This document shows positions 62,101-64,000 of a stretch of 64,000 bases of DNA, piece after piece. Where the stretch lies: the NCBI GenBank assembly GCA_946965045.2, contig OX337230.1:1426001-1490000 (forward strand), in the 5' to 3' direction. A program made the translations under genes and the position numbers. How positions within the stretch are numbered: the stretch's first letter is position 1; every line of letters starts with the position of its first letter. The stretch comes from Epithemia pelagica (taxonomy: Eukaryota > Protista > Bacillariophyta). A model generated the notes under the pieces. The model ran no database searches and was not told where the DNA came from. It saw only the letters and a program-made list of their open reading frames with translations.

Positions 62101-62420
62101 TTGGTAAATTTCGATCACTAATCCTCATGACTGACCTCCGCTGGGGGCTAGACGTGGGGGTGAGGGGAATAGTCTATTCTTCCAGCTGCCGCGCCTACCC
62201 GCTAGGGTACGGTCGACCGACTGCCCTGGGACACCCGCTACTTTGGCAGCGGAATGGACTTTTCCGCTTTCAAAGTTGTCTTCCTATTCAGTACAGTGTG
62301 ATTTCAGCGACTCCCTACAATACAATAAAAATTGTACTTAAGAATCCGATTTCCGTTGATTTCTTGTATTTAAGAACTTTGATCTTGAATCATGACCACT
62401 ATTTATCATGACCGTTAATA

Positions 62421-62600
62421 TAGGGCTTCGCTGAAATAAGCCGTGACCTGCTGGCTCGAAACCAAGTCGAAACCACGACACGAACCCGAAACAAAGTCGA
62501 AACAAAGTCGAAACAAACCGAAACAGGTCGAAACAAACCGAAACAAACCGAAACAAACCCGAAACAAACCCGAAACCCGAAACAAACTCGAAACCAAGCC
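62421..62600 (+). repeat. Array of about 13 imperfect 10-11 bp CGAAAC(A/C)AA(C/GT) units preceded by TAGGGC; possible DNA-transposon terminus
   Basis: CGAAACAAAGTCGAAACAAAGTCGAAACAAACCGAAAC... spanning 62457-62600. Confidence 0.8.
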
Positions 62601-62753
62601 GGACAGACAGACAGATTAAACCTTAACTCTAATAAATTATTTTACCACCCTTCACACCTGCCATGCATCATGCGTCCTCTCGTAAGAAATGACAGTTGGC
62701 ATGCTGCCACGATTCAAATTTTGGATGCTCCCTGACAAAAAATCTTGGCATAT

Positions 62754-62802
62754 CAACCATCAACCATCAACCATCAACCATCAACCATCAACCATCAACC
62801 AT
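62754..62802 (+). repeat. Perfect heptamer microsatellite (CAACCAT)7
   Basis: Counted directly: 7 perfect units. Confidence 0.97.
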
Positions 62803-64000
62803 GAAGTGAACGAATCCTAGCTACCTGACGCAGCCTTCTTGTGGGTTTCTTTCTAACATGCTGTTTTGTAGGAGTAGCTTTCTTCTGTCTCATTCAGGAT
62901 AATAGTAGAGTGTTAATCTTCCAGAAAATTTCTTACTTCGTTGCAGCTTCTGTCTGCATTCAACATCACCATTACCCATAGCAACACCCTTGAAAATAGA
63001 CCAAAACCACAGCTCTGAACAAATCCTGTCGACTCTGTGGTCCATAGAGACGAGGATTAGACTGCTCTAGATAATATTGAAAACTTGGAGTAGTGGCAAG
63101 ATGAATAAAATGGGGCATGTCTTCTTTGTTTGTATCCGACACAACAAAGTATTCAGTCGTCTACAGGAACAATGAATGAGACTAACAAAATGATGATAGT
63201 GAGAAATCCATGCTATAGAAGATAAGGAAGCAGCCAACAAGCAATCTAACATTTCTACAAATAAGGCAAGGAAGATTTGTGACGGCTGGCCTACTAAAAT
63301 GGCTCGTCCTTCACTTGAGAAAGGCAAAATCAAAAACCAAACATCAAAAGGGACAATGCGAGGGACTAAATTGATAATTTATGAGCATATGTATCCTCTA
63401 AATGGGAAGGAACCAAGCTACTCCTTGTTAGGATTCTCACCTTTAACTAGGTGGTGGTGGAATCTACAACACATCGACTGATGCTAGTATTTTATGGCAT
63501 CCGATGACATTTTCCTAAAAGTGAGAAAGGAATGTTGGCATGCTCGCGAAACTATAAATTTGGCCATGGCATGCTTGCATTGCACTTGTTATCGGCGACC
63601 GCTCGGATATTAACTATGGCCCAACACGTGCGCGCCCAAAACCATCGAGTGCGCGCCTTGATTATCCGAGTACGCGCATCCACGATTCGACCTAACGGTC
63701 TATGTAATCAAAGCACAAATCACGATCACGCCAGACCATATCTCTGTTCCCACAAATCCAAGAATGCAAACAGCAACGCGCCCAGCACAAGACTTATACC
63801 ACGACAAAGCAAGAGCTGTTGCATCCCATACATGTTATCCATCACCCTATACATTCAATATACACCAATGCCGGTCTACTCCAACCAGTGAGGACCTATC
63901 ACACCAGATCCATGGCCGTATACAAGAGCCAGGACTTCAGCACCATCAATCACCTTAGTTAGTAATCGTCTCACAATCATTAACCATCACCATTTATCAC

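Noticed and set aside
62420-62800. Repeat arrays considered as CRISPR
   Set aside because: Units are 7-11 bp and contiguous, with no unique spacers and no cas genes; eukaryotic context.
62810-64000. Short ORFs in the last 1.2 kb
   Set aside because: No recognisable motifs and frequent stops; probably degenerate repeat DNA that I cannot classify.
1-64000. tRNA, rRNA or snRNA genes
   Set aside because: A few GTTCGA strings were seen (for example ~46432, 47706, 49121), but none had a cloverleaf context; a by-eye scan cannot exclude small ncRNAs.

Overview
Gene-dense eukaryotic nuclear DNA, almost certainly from a (pennate) diatom. Evidence: bipartite signal+transit peptides with A|F cleavage motifs, rare short GT-AG introns, CoDi-like Ty1/copia element. 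About 20 host genes are present: a translin/TRAX tandem-domain gene, HCAR-like reductase, SHOC1-like candidate, SAP+dienelactone hydrolase, DnaJ, TFIIH p62, PPDK regulatory protein, oligopeptidase A, ARM protein, carotenoid cleavage dioxygenase, PLAC8, and a giant MenF-MenD-MenH-MenC-SRPBCC phylloquinone fusion. Accessory elements: a Crinkler-type HNH nuclease gene lying between two near-identical ~88 bp direct repeats; a Crinkler/RHS-type NTPase-REase gene directly downstream of an internally deleted copia element whose 3' LTR carries a MITE; and a rearranged right end (truncated sulfotransferase-like gene fused head-on to a ZMAT2 pseudogene fragment, a frameshifted CRE-like LINE, a hAT-like subterminal repeat array). 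All protein calls come from motif recognition by eye; no database searches were run. Best leads: the direct-repeat-flanked CRN-HNH cassette, the five-domain PHYLLO variant with a COQ10/SRPBCC-like tail, and the translin-TRAX single-chain fusion.
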